Assembly: GCA_013265495.1 (NCBI GenBank)
Contig: MU058584.1
Span: 5,670,407 to 5,734,406, forward strand
DNA: 64,000 bases
Source: Vicugna vicugna
Taxonomy: Eukaryota
Reading direction: 5' to 3'
Shown here in pieces: positions 26,736-40,996 of this stretch; position 1 is the first letter of the stretch; the number at the start of each line of letters is the position of its first letter. A program made the translations under genes and the position numbers. The notes under the pieces were generated by a model. It was given only the letters and a program-made list of their open reading frames with translations. It made no database searches and was not told the DNA's origin.

Positions 26736-29700
26736 TAAGAAGAGATTTGCTCCCGAGAGATTCAGTTTTAGTTGAATCCAAGCTTAGATAGACAAAGAAA
26801 AAAGAAACATGATAAAAAGGAACAAAAGACAGAAAATGAAAAAAGAAAGAAGAAAATAAAAACTGAAAAGTTACTAATATTTACTAGCAGATCCTTAGTA
26901 GTCCAGAGTCTGACAGATCAAAAATCAAAGGTAGAAATGAGGGAGCAGGGTAAGGATTTAAGAAATCAGCTGGAAGCCTTGCACTTCAAGTATATATTCT
27001 CAGAAAAACCTGCAATCGAATTTAACATCCCTCCACATCCATACAAAGTTAGATTGTAAGAAACTGCGGAACTTCATCAGAAAGGATATTTTTTAAAACT
27101 GTGGCATTAGGTTTACATAGGCTAGTACTTTAAAGGGGGCTAAACACAGGATGACAAGATATGTTTTGGTAAAGTAGACAATAAAAATAATTACTTCAAA
27201 AGAAGTTCTCTTAATATGAAAAAAGGGAAAAATACTTACATCTTGTGAATATTGAAAAAATATAGTGCATAAAGAGTTAGGGAGATAAGGGTGTGTGCTG
27301 GAGAGGAAAATGAGGGAATTTAGTTAAATATAAACCTGGTTTTGTTTGCAAAGCTTTAATCTTGTTAAATGGTACTTTCTTAAAGCAAATACCTGTCCAG
27401 AGAGCTCATAACATATTTATGTTTCAAAATCTAGGCTATAGTCCAAAAGATTTCAAAGGACAAACTGTTTACAGTCTACTGTACTGAGTGTTAATATAAC
27501 AACCCACCATAAAATATTAAGTTAGCTATTAAGAAGAAATCAATGTGTATTTACTCAAACAAGGCCTTAATAACTAGAAATTTGTAAATCTATTAGTTCT
27601 TTGAGTTCTATAAATGGATTAACAACAAATATTTGTTTAACTGAATTAAAAGACTCCAAACATATTATATTCATTTTTAGGAAAGTAGATCTTTAGAAAT
27701 GATTAATCTATACTAAATAGACAGATTATGTCTATACATACAATATTTGAATGTTGGTATGTTTACCGTAGTTATTCTTCTGGGCGCTGGATTAAGGTAT
27801 CCTACTACCAAAATAGAATGGTGCTCTAGTCCAAAATTATAGGAAAAAATTAGATTAATAGAAATAATTTTCTCAATTTACGTTTTCTTCCCCATTAATT
27901 TTTCTGAAATATTTGGTGCCTACTACAATTTGCTTGTAGTAGAATCTGGTGCAAGAACATAACAACTTTGCAAAAAATTTAATTTAGTGTTTAATCTTAG
28001 GGTCATTGCCATTGAATTACTATCAAAATCATGAGTTAGAAAAAAGAATATTTATAATATAATCTGTTGTCTGAAGGAAAACAGTTTTCCTTTAGAGACT
28101 AAAATCTGCCTTTGGCTTAAGCCAGAACAGCAGAGAGCAACACAGTTGGATCACATGGCTCTTGCCTTTGAAGACTTGTTTTTACTGAAGTGTGCTTTGG
28201 TGGGACTCCATCAGCCTCTCCTGCGGGACACACAGGAAACAGCCCTATGACATCTGCTCTTGTTCAAGATGCTCTTCACCTTTCATGGTGGCCTCTTTCT
28301 GTGGATCTTTGGGAGAAGTTTCTTTTCAATTTCACTATCAACAGAAGTGTTCTTCTGGACATTTTTAGGGGACACTATATTGTGTAACCGATAAGGTTTT
28401 CCTTTTGCATTGGTATTTACAAACTTTGTGCCAAACCCAAGCCTGCCTGCCCATAGCAGGGAGAAGGGCTGTATAGTATGCATTTTCATCCTGCCTCTGT
28501 TTTTGCTTTCTCTCCTACTTCTAACATATGTTACATAGCAGTATTTTATGTTTTCTTTTAAGCAACCTTAAATCTTTGGAGGGAACAAGATGAGAAATTC
28601 ATAAATATATTCATTCATATGTACATAAAATTATGTTACATTTAGTCATGTAAGTTTTATTTTTTGCTAAGAGCATGGTGCTTTCCAATTAATTTGCTCC
28701 CAGGAGAAATATGAGAATCTTGATTTAGAATATTATCTGATAGAAAGACAGAAGATTCTTTATAATACTTGGCAGGAATCAAACCACACCATCATCACCA
28801 GGTGATAATTTTTAAAGACCTGTTTGGTGCATTACAGAAAACTGTAGCCTTCACAATACATACTGTAGTCCAGCATGATGACCATTCTTCTTAGTTTAGA
28901 CTCTGGCACAACTTGGTTTACAACTCCCTCTTTCAAGCCTTCTTCCAGTTGGCAACCTGTTGATTTGTCTTGTAAATTTTTACTAAATTCTGTTTAAATT
29001 ATCCAATTTGTCTGTGAATAATTCACAGTAATTTCTGAATCCCAAACTAGGCCTGTGGACTCAGGATGTAAACTAATGTTAAATAGTCCCCACCCCTGAG
29101 AAAAAGATAATTAGGTCAGTTAAGTCCACTGACAAAAGTCAACACAAGCTGTTTAGTTCTTTGTTTAACTTGGATAATTAAGACTTTACCTCTGTGTGAA
29201 AGTCTTCAGAACTCTGGCTAGGTACAGTTGAACCAGAGTCATTTAATCTGCCTGTGTCCTTCTGTTTGTCCTATCTCTAGTCTGTGAGAACATAAGAACT
29301 TGGAAAAGTCAGTCATTCAGAATTTTCAATAAAATAATTGTCTATTAGAAAAACAAAAACAACCACACACACAATGAAAATGGTAGTATAGAACTCTCAA
29401 ATGTTTTTCTGTGTGTGTTAGGCCCACTGCCAATGATAGAACCAGAGTCTACTGCCCCACGACTTGCTCCTTCTTGGTCCATCCAGAGGAGTAAATGGTG
29501 GAACACTCATGGCTCTTTGGAGGATCCACGCTATTTGATTAATGCTTTTTCCTCGAGTTTTCCAAAATGGTCCGAACTCATAACTGTGGTTATTCAAAGT
29601 TATTCTAAAAAGTGACATGAAGTTCGTAATTTCTTTTAACAACTTGAAAAAATCCTGGAGAACCAATTCCATGTTTCCTCTGACCTTTTCATATTTGTGA

Positions 29701-30381
29701 TAGATGCACAGCCCCTCTTTTCCAACTCTCAACTATAATCTTAAGCATTATTAATTATTCTATCAACTGTTTTCTCCTTTCAGGTCATGATTCTACTGTG
29801 AGTCATTTAACTCCTTTCCACAGCAACCAGTTATGATATAACAAGTTGTAGACTATGTTATGTCAGTGGAGGATATATGGTACAGCAAAAGTTGCAGTTT
29901 TAGCTAAATGACTTTGAAGAGAAGAATAAAAATATGGAAATGCTTTTTATTTAAAAACAAGAGGGGTTTTAATATTTCTACACAATATCAGATACAACCC
30001 AAACATCTCATTGATCCCCAAACAGGTCAATCAATATTTCAGATCAATCAGTAGTTCTTATTAATCAATAGTCATGTCTACCTGTCTGTGGAAATGAATC
30101 ATAAACATTATAGTTTCCATTTTATGGAAGAGAAACTGGACTGAAAGAGAGACTGGGATTCTGATCATCTGGTTTCTGGTTTCAGCTCTGACATAAATAA
30201 GCAGTAGCGTCAGGCAGGTTGTTGAACTTTGTAGTTTTTCATACATAAGATAATGAAGTTGGAACTCCTGCTGCATTCTCTTCTCTTCCCCTGCCTGTTA
30301 CTCCACATTTTCTTGCCCTTATTATACTTCAGTAGATTCTAGATTGGAAGAGATCTTGCCCTTTTGTGCAGTAGAGAGACC

Positions 30382-30580
30382 CCGGACTAGCTACATAATT
30401 TGTGGGGCCCATTGCAAAATGAAACTGTTACACTCCTTGTTAAAAAAAAGTTATTAAGAATTTCAGGAGGGTGATCACAGAGCATTAAACTAAGCCTGAG
30501 GCTCCTCTGAGCATGGGATCCCTCTGAGCATGGGGGCTCTTTATAATTGAACAGATCACATACCCATGAGGCTCACCCTG
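30382..30580. mobile_element. Short non-autonomous hAT-type DNA element
   Basis: Flanked by an 8-bp near-duplication gagagacc (30374-30381) / gagagact (30581-30588), typical of hAT target sites. Confidence 0.55.
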
Positions 30581-30719
30581 GAGAGACTAAAGGAATTTTT
30601 CCTTCACATTTAGACATAATTCTTTTGCTCTTAACAGAATGAAAATAAGAGATTTTGGTGAACAGTGACATGAGTAATTAAAGAGAATCAATAATGGGAA
30701 TACTATATTAGAAAGTCAG

Positions 30720-33700
30720 TGTTTTAGACTGACCAAGAGGGCAAGATAGGAGGCTCCAGACTTTCCCTCTTCCCACAGATTCCCTGAATATACAGCTACA
30801 CACGGGCCTATTTCCTCTGTGAGAAATCCGGAAACAAGTTGAATGACTCCTACACAGTGGGTAACTGAGAAAATATCCACCTCTAAATGGGTAGGAAAGG
30901 CTGAGACACACATTCACTATAAATACCATCTCTAGTGGAGTGCCTTTCAATTAGGAGGGAACCTCCAAATTCCCAGCTTCCCCCTTTGAGCAAAGGTTTG
31001 GATCATACACCTAGTGTCCCAGTTTTCATAGCTGCCATCCAAGGAACAAGAATGCCCAAATCACCTAGCTCAGAAAGCCAAGGAGTTTGGCATTCCCAAG
31101 TTCCATAGGACCATAGCAAACAGAAGGAGTTGTTAAAGGGACACGTGAGCACTCCCTGCAGCTGTACCCCAAGCTCCGTACAAAGGGAGCAGTCAAAAAC
31201 TCCCATCTCCAGGTTCTCTCTAGAAGAGATTTGACTGCTTACTTTTCCAGCTGCTGCCTGAAGTTTTGGCTTCTAATCAGTCTGTATCTGGGTGCTGACT
31301 GTGATCCCCCTGAGAGTCTAAAAAGGCTGGTGGGCACTTCCCCGACATTCTCCTTCTGGCTCACAACAACAGCAACAACAAAAACCAAGTTGCCAACTCC
31401 TCCCTTGAAATTTGTGCCCTAACTTCTGAAACTGCCACCTGAGAAATAGGTGCTCAAATTACCTAGCACTGATAGCCCACAGGGCCTGGCAGTTAGAGTC
31501 TCCATATTAAAATTTAAAAAGTAGTTTTCAACTAGGCGTGCAAGCACTTCTCACAGCTCTTCCTTCCCAAGGGTCAGCACAGAGGGAACAGGCGAAAATG
31601 TTCACCTCCCAATTTCTCCCTAGAAGAAATTTGACTGTATACTTTCCCAGCTGCTGTCTGAGGTTCTAGCTTCTAATCAGCCTGCATGTGGAAGCTGACT
31701 GGGATCCTCCCAGGAGCTTCAGAGAGCTGTTGGGCATGTTCCCTGCTGTCTCCCCTCTCTTGCTACAGCAGTAAACCAAGCCTCCAGCTTCTCCCTGGAA
31801 GAAGCACGCTCACAGATGTAGCACACCAGATGTTAGGGCTGCCACATGAGGGACTGGCTCCCAAATCACCTAGCTCTGGGTACTGATGGGGCTTGGCATT
31901 TACTAGTCCTCCAGGACCACAGAAAACAAAGAGGTGGCTCTATATGGGTGCACAAGTACTACAGAGACTCTTCCCTCTGGCTCAGCACAGACTGAGCAGG
32001 CAGAAACAGCCATTGCCAAGTTTCTCCCTGTTAGGGTCTATACTGCATATCTAATGTCCTTCCTTTCTTAGTTGCTGCTTGAAAGTCAGGCTTCCAATTA
32101 GCCTGCATCAGAGAGCTGATGGGATAGGTAGTTAATAATAGGGCAGGCAGTTAATAATAGTAACAGGATCCTAAACAGCCGTGTGGACATTTCCCAATGC
32201 CTTTGGGACAGCAGCAAGTCTTGGCACACCCTAATCTACTGGGAGCCACCAGGAACAAAGAAGGTGGCTTGGTCAATCACAAAGTTTTCAGAGGCAACCA
32301 GGAGTTCAGGTTGGGCTGACTGATGAGGTTCCTCTCCTACATGAGGCAGTCTGTCAAGACTGGGAGAGGTGGCTGTTTTATCTAACACACAGGAAAAAAA
32401 GCAGAGAACCAAGGAAGAAACAAGGAAATATATTCCATACAGAAGAACAAGATGAATATCCAGAAACTGACCAGATGGCTTCACAGTTGAATTCTAACAA
32501 ATGTATGAGGAATTTATGCCTGAGATTCAAGGATGGTTTGACATATGCAAATCAAAAAATGATATATCATATTAAAATTAATGATAAACATCATATTGTC
32601 ATCTCAATAGATGCAGAAAAAGCATCTGACAAAATTCAACATTCTTTCATGATAAAAACTCTCAAGTTAGGTATAGATGAAACGTACCTCAACATATTAC
32701 AGATCATCATATCTGACAAACCCACAACTAACATCAGACTCTGTGAAACCTTTTCTTCTAAGATCAGGAATTTTTTAAAAAGGATGACCACATTCACCAT
32801 TTCTATTCAACATATTGAAGTTATAGCTGGAGCAATTATGCAAGGAAAAAATAAAAGGTATCCAAATCTGAAAGGAAGAAGTGAGATTGTTATTTGCAGA
32901 TGACATGATCTTATATGTAGAAAATCCTAAAGGCTCAACAAAAAAACTATTGGAGTTAATAAATGAATTCATCAAAATTGCAGGATACAAAATCATTGTA
33001 CAAAAACTGGTTGCATTTCTATCCACTAACAATGGACTACTGAAAAGAGAATTAAGAAAACAACCCCATTTACAACAGAATCAAAAAGAATAAAACACTT
33101 AGAAATAAATTTACTCAAATGAGTGAAAGACTTGTAGACTGAAGAGTATAAAACATTGAGAAAAGAAATCAAAGACACAATTAAATGGGAAGATATTTTC
33201 TATCATATATTGCAAGGATATATGTTCCTAAAATGTTTGTATTACCAAATCAGTCTACAGATTCAATGCAATCCTTCTCAAAATTCCAATGGTATTTTTC
33301 ATAGAAATATAAAAAGCCATCCTAAAATTCCTACAGATCCACAAAAGACCTCAAATTGCTAAAGTAATCTTGAACACAAAGAGTAAAGTTGGGAACATCA
33401 CATTTCCTGATTTCAACTATATTATAAAGTTGTAGTAATCAAAACAGTATGATATCAGCATAAAAACAGACCCAAAGACCAGTGCAATGGAATCATAGCT
33501 CAGAAATAAGTCAATGAACACATGGCCAATTAATTTTTGACAAAGGCACCAAAAATACACAAAGGGGAAAGGATAGTCTCTTTAATAAATGGTGTGAAAA
33601 CTCAACATCCACATGCAAAAGAATGAACGTGAACACTTATCTTACACTATACACAAAAATCAACTTGAAATATATTAGAGATTTGAATGTAAGACCTGGA

Positions 33701-35022
33701 ATCATAAAACTTCTAGAATAAAATATATAGGATAGCTCCTTGACATTGGTCTTGGCAAGGATTTTTTTGGATATGACACCAAAAGCACAGACAAAAAGCA
33801 AAAGTAAACAAATGGGACTATACCAAACTAAAAAGCTTCTGTACAGCAAAGGAAACTATCAGCAAAATGCAAAAGCAACCTATGGAATGGGAGAAAATAT
33901 TTGCAAATCACATAATCGACAAGAGATTAATATCCTAAATATTTAAGGAACTCATAACTCGAGCAAAAATGCCAAATAACAATTTAAAAATGGACAAAAG
34001 ACCTGAATAGACATTTTCCCAAAGATGACAAGCAGATGGCTAACAGGTATATGAAAAGATACTCAGTGTTAACTAATCATCACGGAAATGCAAATCAAAA
34101 CCATAATGAGATATCACCTTACACCTGTTAGAATGACTATTATCAAAAAAATAAGAAATAACAAGTATTGGTGATGACATGGAGAAAAAGGAACCCTTGT
34201 ACACTGTTGGTGGGAATGTAAACTGGTACAGCCACTATGGAAAACAGTATGGTGGTTCCTCAAAAAATTAAAGGTAGAACTACCATATGATCCAATAATC
34301 CCACTTCTAAGTATACATCCAAAGGAAAGAAAACCACTAGTCTGAAGAGAGATCTGTACTCCCATGTTCATTATAGCATTTTCACAAAATCCAAGATATG
34401 GAAACAACCTATCGTAAATGGATGAATAGATAAAGAAAATGTGGCCTATATATATATATATAGTGGAGTATTATTCAGCCATAAAAGAGAATAAAATCTT
34501 GTCATATGTGACAACATGGAAGAATCTGGAGGGTATTATGTGAAGGGAAATAAGCTAGACAGAGAAAGACAAGTACTGCATGGTATCACTTATACATGGA
34601 ATCCTAAAAAAAAAAAAAAAAGAAAAGAAAAAAAAATCAAACGCATAGAAACATAAGAGTAGAATGGTAGTTGCCAGGGGCTGGCTGGTAGGGGAAACAG
34701 GAAGAGGTTGGTAAAAGGGTACAAACTTTGTATAAGATGAACACATTCTGAAGATCATCGATATAGCATGGTGACTATAGCCAATCATACTGTATTTTTG
34801 TATAATTGAAATTTGCTTATAAGTATATCTTCAGTATTCTCCTTGTTAAAAAAAGTAACTATGTGAGGTGATGGATGTGTTAATTAACTTGATGGTGGGA
34901 ATCCTTTTACAATGCACACATACATCAAATCAACATGTTGTACATTTTAAATCTATTTCTATTTTACTTTTCAATTATGCCTGAAAAAAGCTGAAAAATT
35001 TAAAACATTAAAAAGAAAAAAC
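30720..35022 (+). mobile_element. Internally deleted old LINE-1 (5' UTR with tandem monomers, start of ORF1, RT and C-terminal ORF2, 3' UTR, A tail)
   Basis: 5' UTR at ~30720-32230; degenerate ORF2 [24 protein letters not shown] and [27 protein letters not shown]; 3' UTR and A-rich tail near 35010. Multiple stops and frameshifts. Confidence 0.92.
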
Positions 35023-35039
35023 TAAGCCCATGTTTTTTG

Positions 35040-35628
35040 TGGATGTTTGAAGCGCCTGTATACATTCACAGTGCTTACCCCACCCATAGGTGCACTTGGT
35101 AACTCTGGTAGTATCCAGAGATGCTCACAGTGAGTTATGTCTCCTGGAGCAACCTTTGTGTCATTCCATCCTACGTTGAATCTAGGCTGGCTTGTGACTT
35201 GTGTGAACCAACAGAATACAGCAGAAGTGAGGCTGTGCCACTTCTGGGCTTAGCCTTAAATGACTGGCAGCTTCTGCATCCTACCTCTTGAACACTTGCT
35301 TTTGGGAGCCTCTGTTACCCTATAAGAAGTCTAGAAGACCTGTTGGAGACACCAAGTGAACAGACCATGTGGAAGAACCATGCAGTGAGACAAGAGTCTG
35401 AAATTACTTGCAGAGGCTACAGAGGACCAGCTGTCCTAACATTCACTTGAGCCTCCTGACGATTCTGGCTACAGTCACTGTCTGACTGTAAACTCACTAG
35501 AGACCCCAAATAAAACCAGCCATAAAACCACACAGCTGTGCCCAGTCAACCCACAGTCATGGGAGATAAGAAATTTGTGGTTGTTTTAAGCACTGAGTTT
35601 TGGGGTGGTTTGTTCCACTAAAATAGAT
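35040..35628 (+). mobile_element. MLT1-type MaLR solo LTR
   Basis: ggctggcttgtgacttgtgtgaaccaacagaatacagcagaagtgaggctgtgcc...ttttaagcactgagttttggggtggtttgtt. Confidence 0.75.
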
Positions 35629-36312
35629 GGCCTCACCAGTGACAGTCTATCTTATGTGACTTAAAGGATGTCAGAGGGCTCCCCAGTTTCACAATGTCTT
35701 ATAGAATCACTGGATGCCAGGTTCCCAGGGAACTGAGTGCTTGAAAGGGGAAGGGAGAGGTGGAATGGAGCCATAGAGAGAAGGGCACTAAAAGAGAATT
35801 TCACCTGTTTGTCAATTTGGCCAGGGGCCAGTTCTAGTAGAACAGCAGCGTTTGGGCCAGTGGTTCCAGTGCTCTATTTTACAAGTATTAGCTTTCCCTT
35901 AGGTGAACCTGTGTTTTCAGTGTGTGATGCAGTGCCAGCTAGAAAGAAGCCAAGGTTACATGTTCATCCATCCTGCGGTTATTTTAGTTCTGTTCTGTTA
36001 ATGACCTCCAACCCTGAACATCAATATGTGCAACCAGGTCAGATTCACAAGCCCAGCGGGACTACTGAAAACATGCTTATTTACCTTTTCACTAGTCGAA
36101 GGTCAGGAAAATCATTGTCATGTCAGTAAGAGAATATTTTAAGCACTTGTCATTTCATATAGGAAGATTGTTTTCCTCTCCACTGTCAAGAAAAACGAAC
36201 CATTTAGAAATCTTGTTTGTTTGCTATCCTCTTACATTATAGTTCTTTCAAAGAAAAATGTAGGAATAAAAGTTATCCGAGTTTCTAAGTGGTCTAAAAA
36301 AGTAATATCTCT

Positions 36313-36318
36313 TTTATT
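36313..36318 (-). terminator. F5: Candidate second F5 polyadenylation signal AATAAA
   Basis: tttatt on the plus strand ~340 nt past the stop codon. Confidence 0.4.
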
Positions 36319-36528
36319 AATGCACACAGGGTTTAAAAGGACTATAATGAAGAATTTTAAGTACATGAATATTACTTTATATAGCATTTTTTAATCAGTG
36401 AAAGATAAGCCTTTTCTTGTTGGTTCTTGATACTTTCCCATCTATATTCAAATTAATGCAGAAATAATAGTCATGATGTCACTTAGTGGTTGTAAGGAGT
36501 TACATCATAAAGATTTCACATATAAAAT

Positions 36529-36534
36529 TTTATT
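36529..36534 (-). terminator. F5: Candidate proximal F5 polyadenylation signal AATAAA
   Basis: tttatt on the plus strand ~125 nt past the TAG stop. Confidence 0.55.
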
Positions 36535-36656
36535 CTCTGATAGAAAAAAAGGAAATAGTGGGACATGTTTAACATTTAAAATAGCTATAAAATACATTGC
36601 CCACTCTAAATGGTTTGATATTTTTGAGTTCCACCTGTCTTTTTGAATATTCAATT

Positions 36657-36803
36657 CTAGTAAATATCACAGCCAAAGAGTTCCACACGAAGTGCAATAC
36701 TTTGATTCCATGTTTTAGGAATGATGCGGATAAACCTGGAAATGATTGGTGGGTTGAAAAAGTTCTTCACGTGTCCTTTGATATTACTATTTCCTTCGAA
36801 AAT
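36657..36803 (-). CDS. F5: Coagulation factor V exon 25 (end of C2 domain, stop TAG)
   Basis: [48 protein letters not shown]; acceptor tttgctttcag. Confidence 0.98.
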   Translation of the reverse strand: MFEGNSNIKGHVKNFFNPPIISRFIRIIPKTWNQSIALRVELFGCDIY

Positions 36804-37914
36804 CTGAAAGCAAAATATGAGAAAATCTTTAATGATGGTATAATGGGTATACAAATCTTACACCTGAAACAAACACAATATTGTACATTAACTATATTTC
36901 AATAAAAAACCTTACAGATAGTTTTTTATCCTCTTAGTTGAAACTGTGGGCATCAGTGAACACATTGACACAAAACGATCCTCAATCAATTATGAAATCA
37001 CACTCCACACATAACTCTTTAGAGATATCACCTCACCAGTGATCTGAGTTGAAATAGGGAAAAATAAAGAAATCTGATATAGTGCTGTGAAGCAGCTGCA
37101 AAACCATCTCTGCCTTTAGCCCCTTTGTTGCTGTGTGACTATGAGCAAATTACTTATAGTCTCTGATTCTTCATTTCCTCATTGACAAAAAGGGGATAAT
37201 AAATTTTACCTCATGGAAGTTGCTGTAAAGATTTTTTAAATATGTAAACGTATGACAAGTGTTTAGTAAGTGCCAGATAATGGGCACCAATAAATGGTTA
37301 GCTATTACTAACATGTAAAATAAAATGCAATCATGCATTTTTTATTTATCCTTTAGGTCATATACCCTATATCCTCAACTAAGCCTGTATTTTAGGCCCA
37401 TTTTTTTTTAATCCTCAGCAAGTTCCTCAAGATTTACACACATCAGAAGCTAAATCACTATTTGTTTACAACAGTGATGCTAACCCTGATGTGAGGACAT
37501 CCTGATGCAGTGAGAGATAAACCAAACCAAACAAACAAATGAAAAACCCAGGGGTTTAAAGAGAGAGGTTCAAATTCATTAACTGAGATAAGTGCTGAGT
37601 CCACAATGAGCATTCAGTAAATGTGCATACCCTTCTTCCTTGTTGTCCCTCCTACTGATTTCAGCCCGATTCCCATTCCTGGAATATTAGGTTCACCTCC
37701 TTAGCTTTGCCACTGGTAATATTTTAAAACCACGTAACTAGGAATTTAGGAGTATAATGCAGGAAATTAGTCTCCTTATCAGTAAGGATGGCAAAGGTCT
37801 TCTGCATAATAACAGTATGACACAGAAAAGCATATGGCCATGGGGATTTGATAAGCCATGAATAACAAGTGTATCCAAGCTAATACTAATATGGTAGAAG
37901 GTTTTCTAGACCTC

Positions 37915-38233
37915 TGTTAGAGGCTGTATGTTTGTTTGCTTCCAAAATTCGTATGTTGAAACCCTAATCCCCAATGGGAAAATATTAGGAGGTGAGTTCG
38001 TTGGGACATGATTAGGACTAGGATGAGGGTGGGGCCCTCATGGCATCTCTCTCTCTGTGTGCACCAAGGAAGGCCATATGAGGGCAAAAACCAGGAAGAC
38101 TGCCCTCACCAAAAACCCAACCATGCTGGCACCTTGATCTAGGTAGGATTGCAGCCTCCAGAACTGTCAGAAATCAGTGTTTGTTGTCAACTAGTCTATG
38201 ATGATTTGTTACACAGCCTAAGCTGACTGAGAT
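37915..38233 (+). mobile_element. MLT1A/MST-type MaLR solo LTR
   Basis: tccaaaattcgtatgttgaaaccctaatcccc...cagcctccagaactgt...tttgttacacagcctaagctgactgagata. Confidence 0.8.
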
Positions 38234-38519
38234 AACCCTTTCACCATCTTTCTCAATCAGAGCTAATTAAGCTTCACACCAACCCCTGTTGTTTTGTTCT
38301 TATTATTTTATAGGTGGCTCAGCCAAAGCAGAAAGATAATGTGCAAGGTCCCTGTCCCAAGACCAGGTATCTACAGAGCTAGGACTTAGAAGACTTAAAA
38401 GAGTGATGCATGTTGTTGCACACTTATCAAATGCAAAGAGCTATTTGCAAATTTAAGATACTGTTCTCATCATAGCAATTTTCAAAATGTTTTCTTTTTG
38501 CCAAGATACTACCCTGTAC

Positions 38520-38705
38520 CTTGTCCACCATCGAAGAGGATTTCTCCCTGTAAGGTTTCCATTCCACTCCCTGGTCACTGTACTGGATGGTATAGCTCTT
38601 CACGAACATTTCAGAGGACAGAGACTTGCAACCCTGTGTTACAATGGCAGTTATCTTCTTGATTTTGAGCAGATCAATTTGTAACCACTGATTGTTGTTG
38701 TTTGC
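38520..38705 (-). CDS. F5: Coagulation factor V exon 24 (C2), 186 bp
   Basis: [64 protein letters not shown] at 38706-38707; donor AAG|GTACAG. Confidence 0.98.
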
Positions 38706-40996
38706 CTGTGAAAATGGTAAGAACAATGGATAAGACAGATGTTAAGATCTTTGCTTTTTTAAATCAAGATACTCAGAAATGCATTGAGCTCAAAGGATTT
38801 CTTTTCTGTCTCATTCCTGAGGATTCCCTTTCTCCTGGAAGCCTTCCCTGTTCCTTCCTATTCATTGTCAGCACATATATAAACTTCTAAAATATTTCAC
38901 ACATTGTACAATAATTATTCTTTTACTTGTGTTCCCTACTCTGAGGGCAGGGACTTAGTTTATTTCCAGGAACTTACCACAATATATGGCACATAAGTAT
39001 TACTCAACAAATATTCATTGAATGAACAAATAAATGAAATTTATTTGAGAAAAAAATAAAATTGCTGACTTAGTTGTAAATATTTTTTCTTAATCAAGTC
39101 TGTTTAATACTATGATAATATTGCTGAAGGGGTTACCTGGGAAAAATTAGATAGTATCCTCTCTCTATTTAACTTATTTTAGAAAAGTCCTAAATTCAAA
39201 TAAGAGAAGTAGTCCAATGCCTTCCTTTCTGATATTTCAAACGAATGTAATATTTGAGAGACCTAATAAAGCTATACTCAGGGCTGGAGATGACATAGTA
39301 ATTGTCCTGTCTCTGGTCTAACAAAATGCCTAATCACATATGATAGGCACTTGGAGAAAGAGGATCAGAAAGACTCACTGAGTTTTGAGTAACCTGAGAT
39401 GAATTTTCATCTTCAGGAGATTTATGATTCCTGTAGTCTCATTCAGTTCTATTTGAAATAATGAATATTGACATATTTTCTCATATATGCATGTCTGTAT
39501 GTGTATATATGTACACACATACATATGTCACATGTTATTGTATTTTTAAAGCTAATTAATTGAATTAAATTATTGTATTAATTAGATAATTTTGGTTAAT
39601 TTTGTAACACTCTTCAATGACATCTGGTGGTGTTTTAGTGTGTCTTCAAATCCAGGTTGTATTAGTGATACAAAATGCTATAGATAGCTAGAGGATTTTT
39701 ATAGGCATAAAATTTTTTTGGAGGCATGAAAGAGGTAGAGACACCTCAGTCTACATGCATACCTGCATATGTCTGGCTTAGATTTTCAGTCTCTCTTAAA
39801 TTCTATAAAAGACACTTCATAATAATTGAAAGTTAAGTGAAATAAATAGTTCTGACCAAAAATTCCAGATTTAAAATGACAACATTAAAAATTAATGTTT
39901 TATTGCTGGAGCCTTTATTATATCACAAAGACTAGGAGCAAATTATATAGAGAGAAAAATTTTTAAAGGCTGTAAAAGGAAGGGTGGGGGTGACAAGGTT
40001 ACAGTATGAGCAGATCTAAAGGGTCACCTGGGGAAGAAATGGTTGATATCCTCTGTTTAACTTTTTATTTTATTTTGAATTTTATTTACATTATAGAAAT
40101 TAAATAAATATAATGTTATACAACATTATTATTTTTATTACTTTCACTTTGGTGGATCTCAGTTTCCAGCTTTGCCAAATAGGAAAATGAGGTGTTTGGG
40201 TTGCTTCAGATGGTGGAAGGATCTGTTTATCTGTTTATTGGGAGAATGACATTCCTGACTATACCACCAGAGTAAGCTAAAGTTATTTAATCTCCTCTGT
40301 GTTTAGACTTAAAAGGAAAATCTAGACCAGATGCTTTGTAAAACCCCTTGCCTTTCTAACATTCTGTGATTCTACAATAGTCCAGAAATGAGTTTCAAGG
40401 CACAGACATCAGTTCCCAAGACTATCTGTATGGGGCCCAAACTCTTCTGTTTACTCCACTTGCACCACAGTTTCCTTTTACTTTCTGGTGGCTGAATTTA
40501 AGATTAGGCCATGGAGTTCTATAGAGAGTCCAGGGAATTAAGAGTGTAGATTTCTTAAGGAAGGGAGTTCGGAGGGTAGAAAATAGGGGACTTGGATTAA
40601 GTTGATTGACCGATTTGTTCTGATTTCTGATGCCATTCTGATTTTTCAGGTCAGTTGAAGAATAAAATAAAAATGAGTCAATTATTAATAGTTACCCTAG
40701 AACTGAGTCACCCAAATAACTCAATGGGCTAATAGCAGAGATGATGTAACTCTCTGTGAGATGTTATTAAACTTAGATCACAGATTTAGAAACCTAGTTT
40801 TGTAGGATTTTATCATGCTGACAGTTGTCTAAAGGAATGTCACAAAGTTTTCAAAAAATGTGAGCAAAAAATTTTAAATGACACTTTTCAGAAAATGAAA
40901 AATACTGCTAAATTATGGAGGAGAGGACAAAAAAAAAAGAAGATGTTGTAAATCTAAATCACTAATCGCTAATTGCTAAATGTAAGTTGTCTCAAT

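Noticed and set aside
27008..27090. Minus-strand peptide YNLTLYGCGGMLNSIAG resembling a discoidin end or CUB start
   Set aside because: Too short, preceded by in-frame stops and without supporting exons; likely chance.
32475..34407. ORFs with reverse-transcriptase similarity
   Set aside because: Fragments of a dead L1 with many stops and frameshifts; not an active or domesticated gene.
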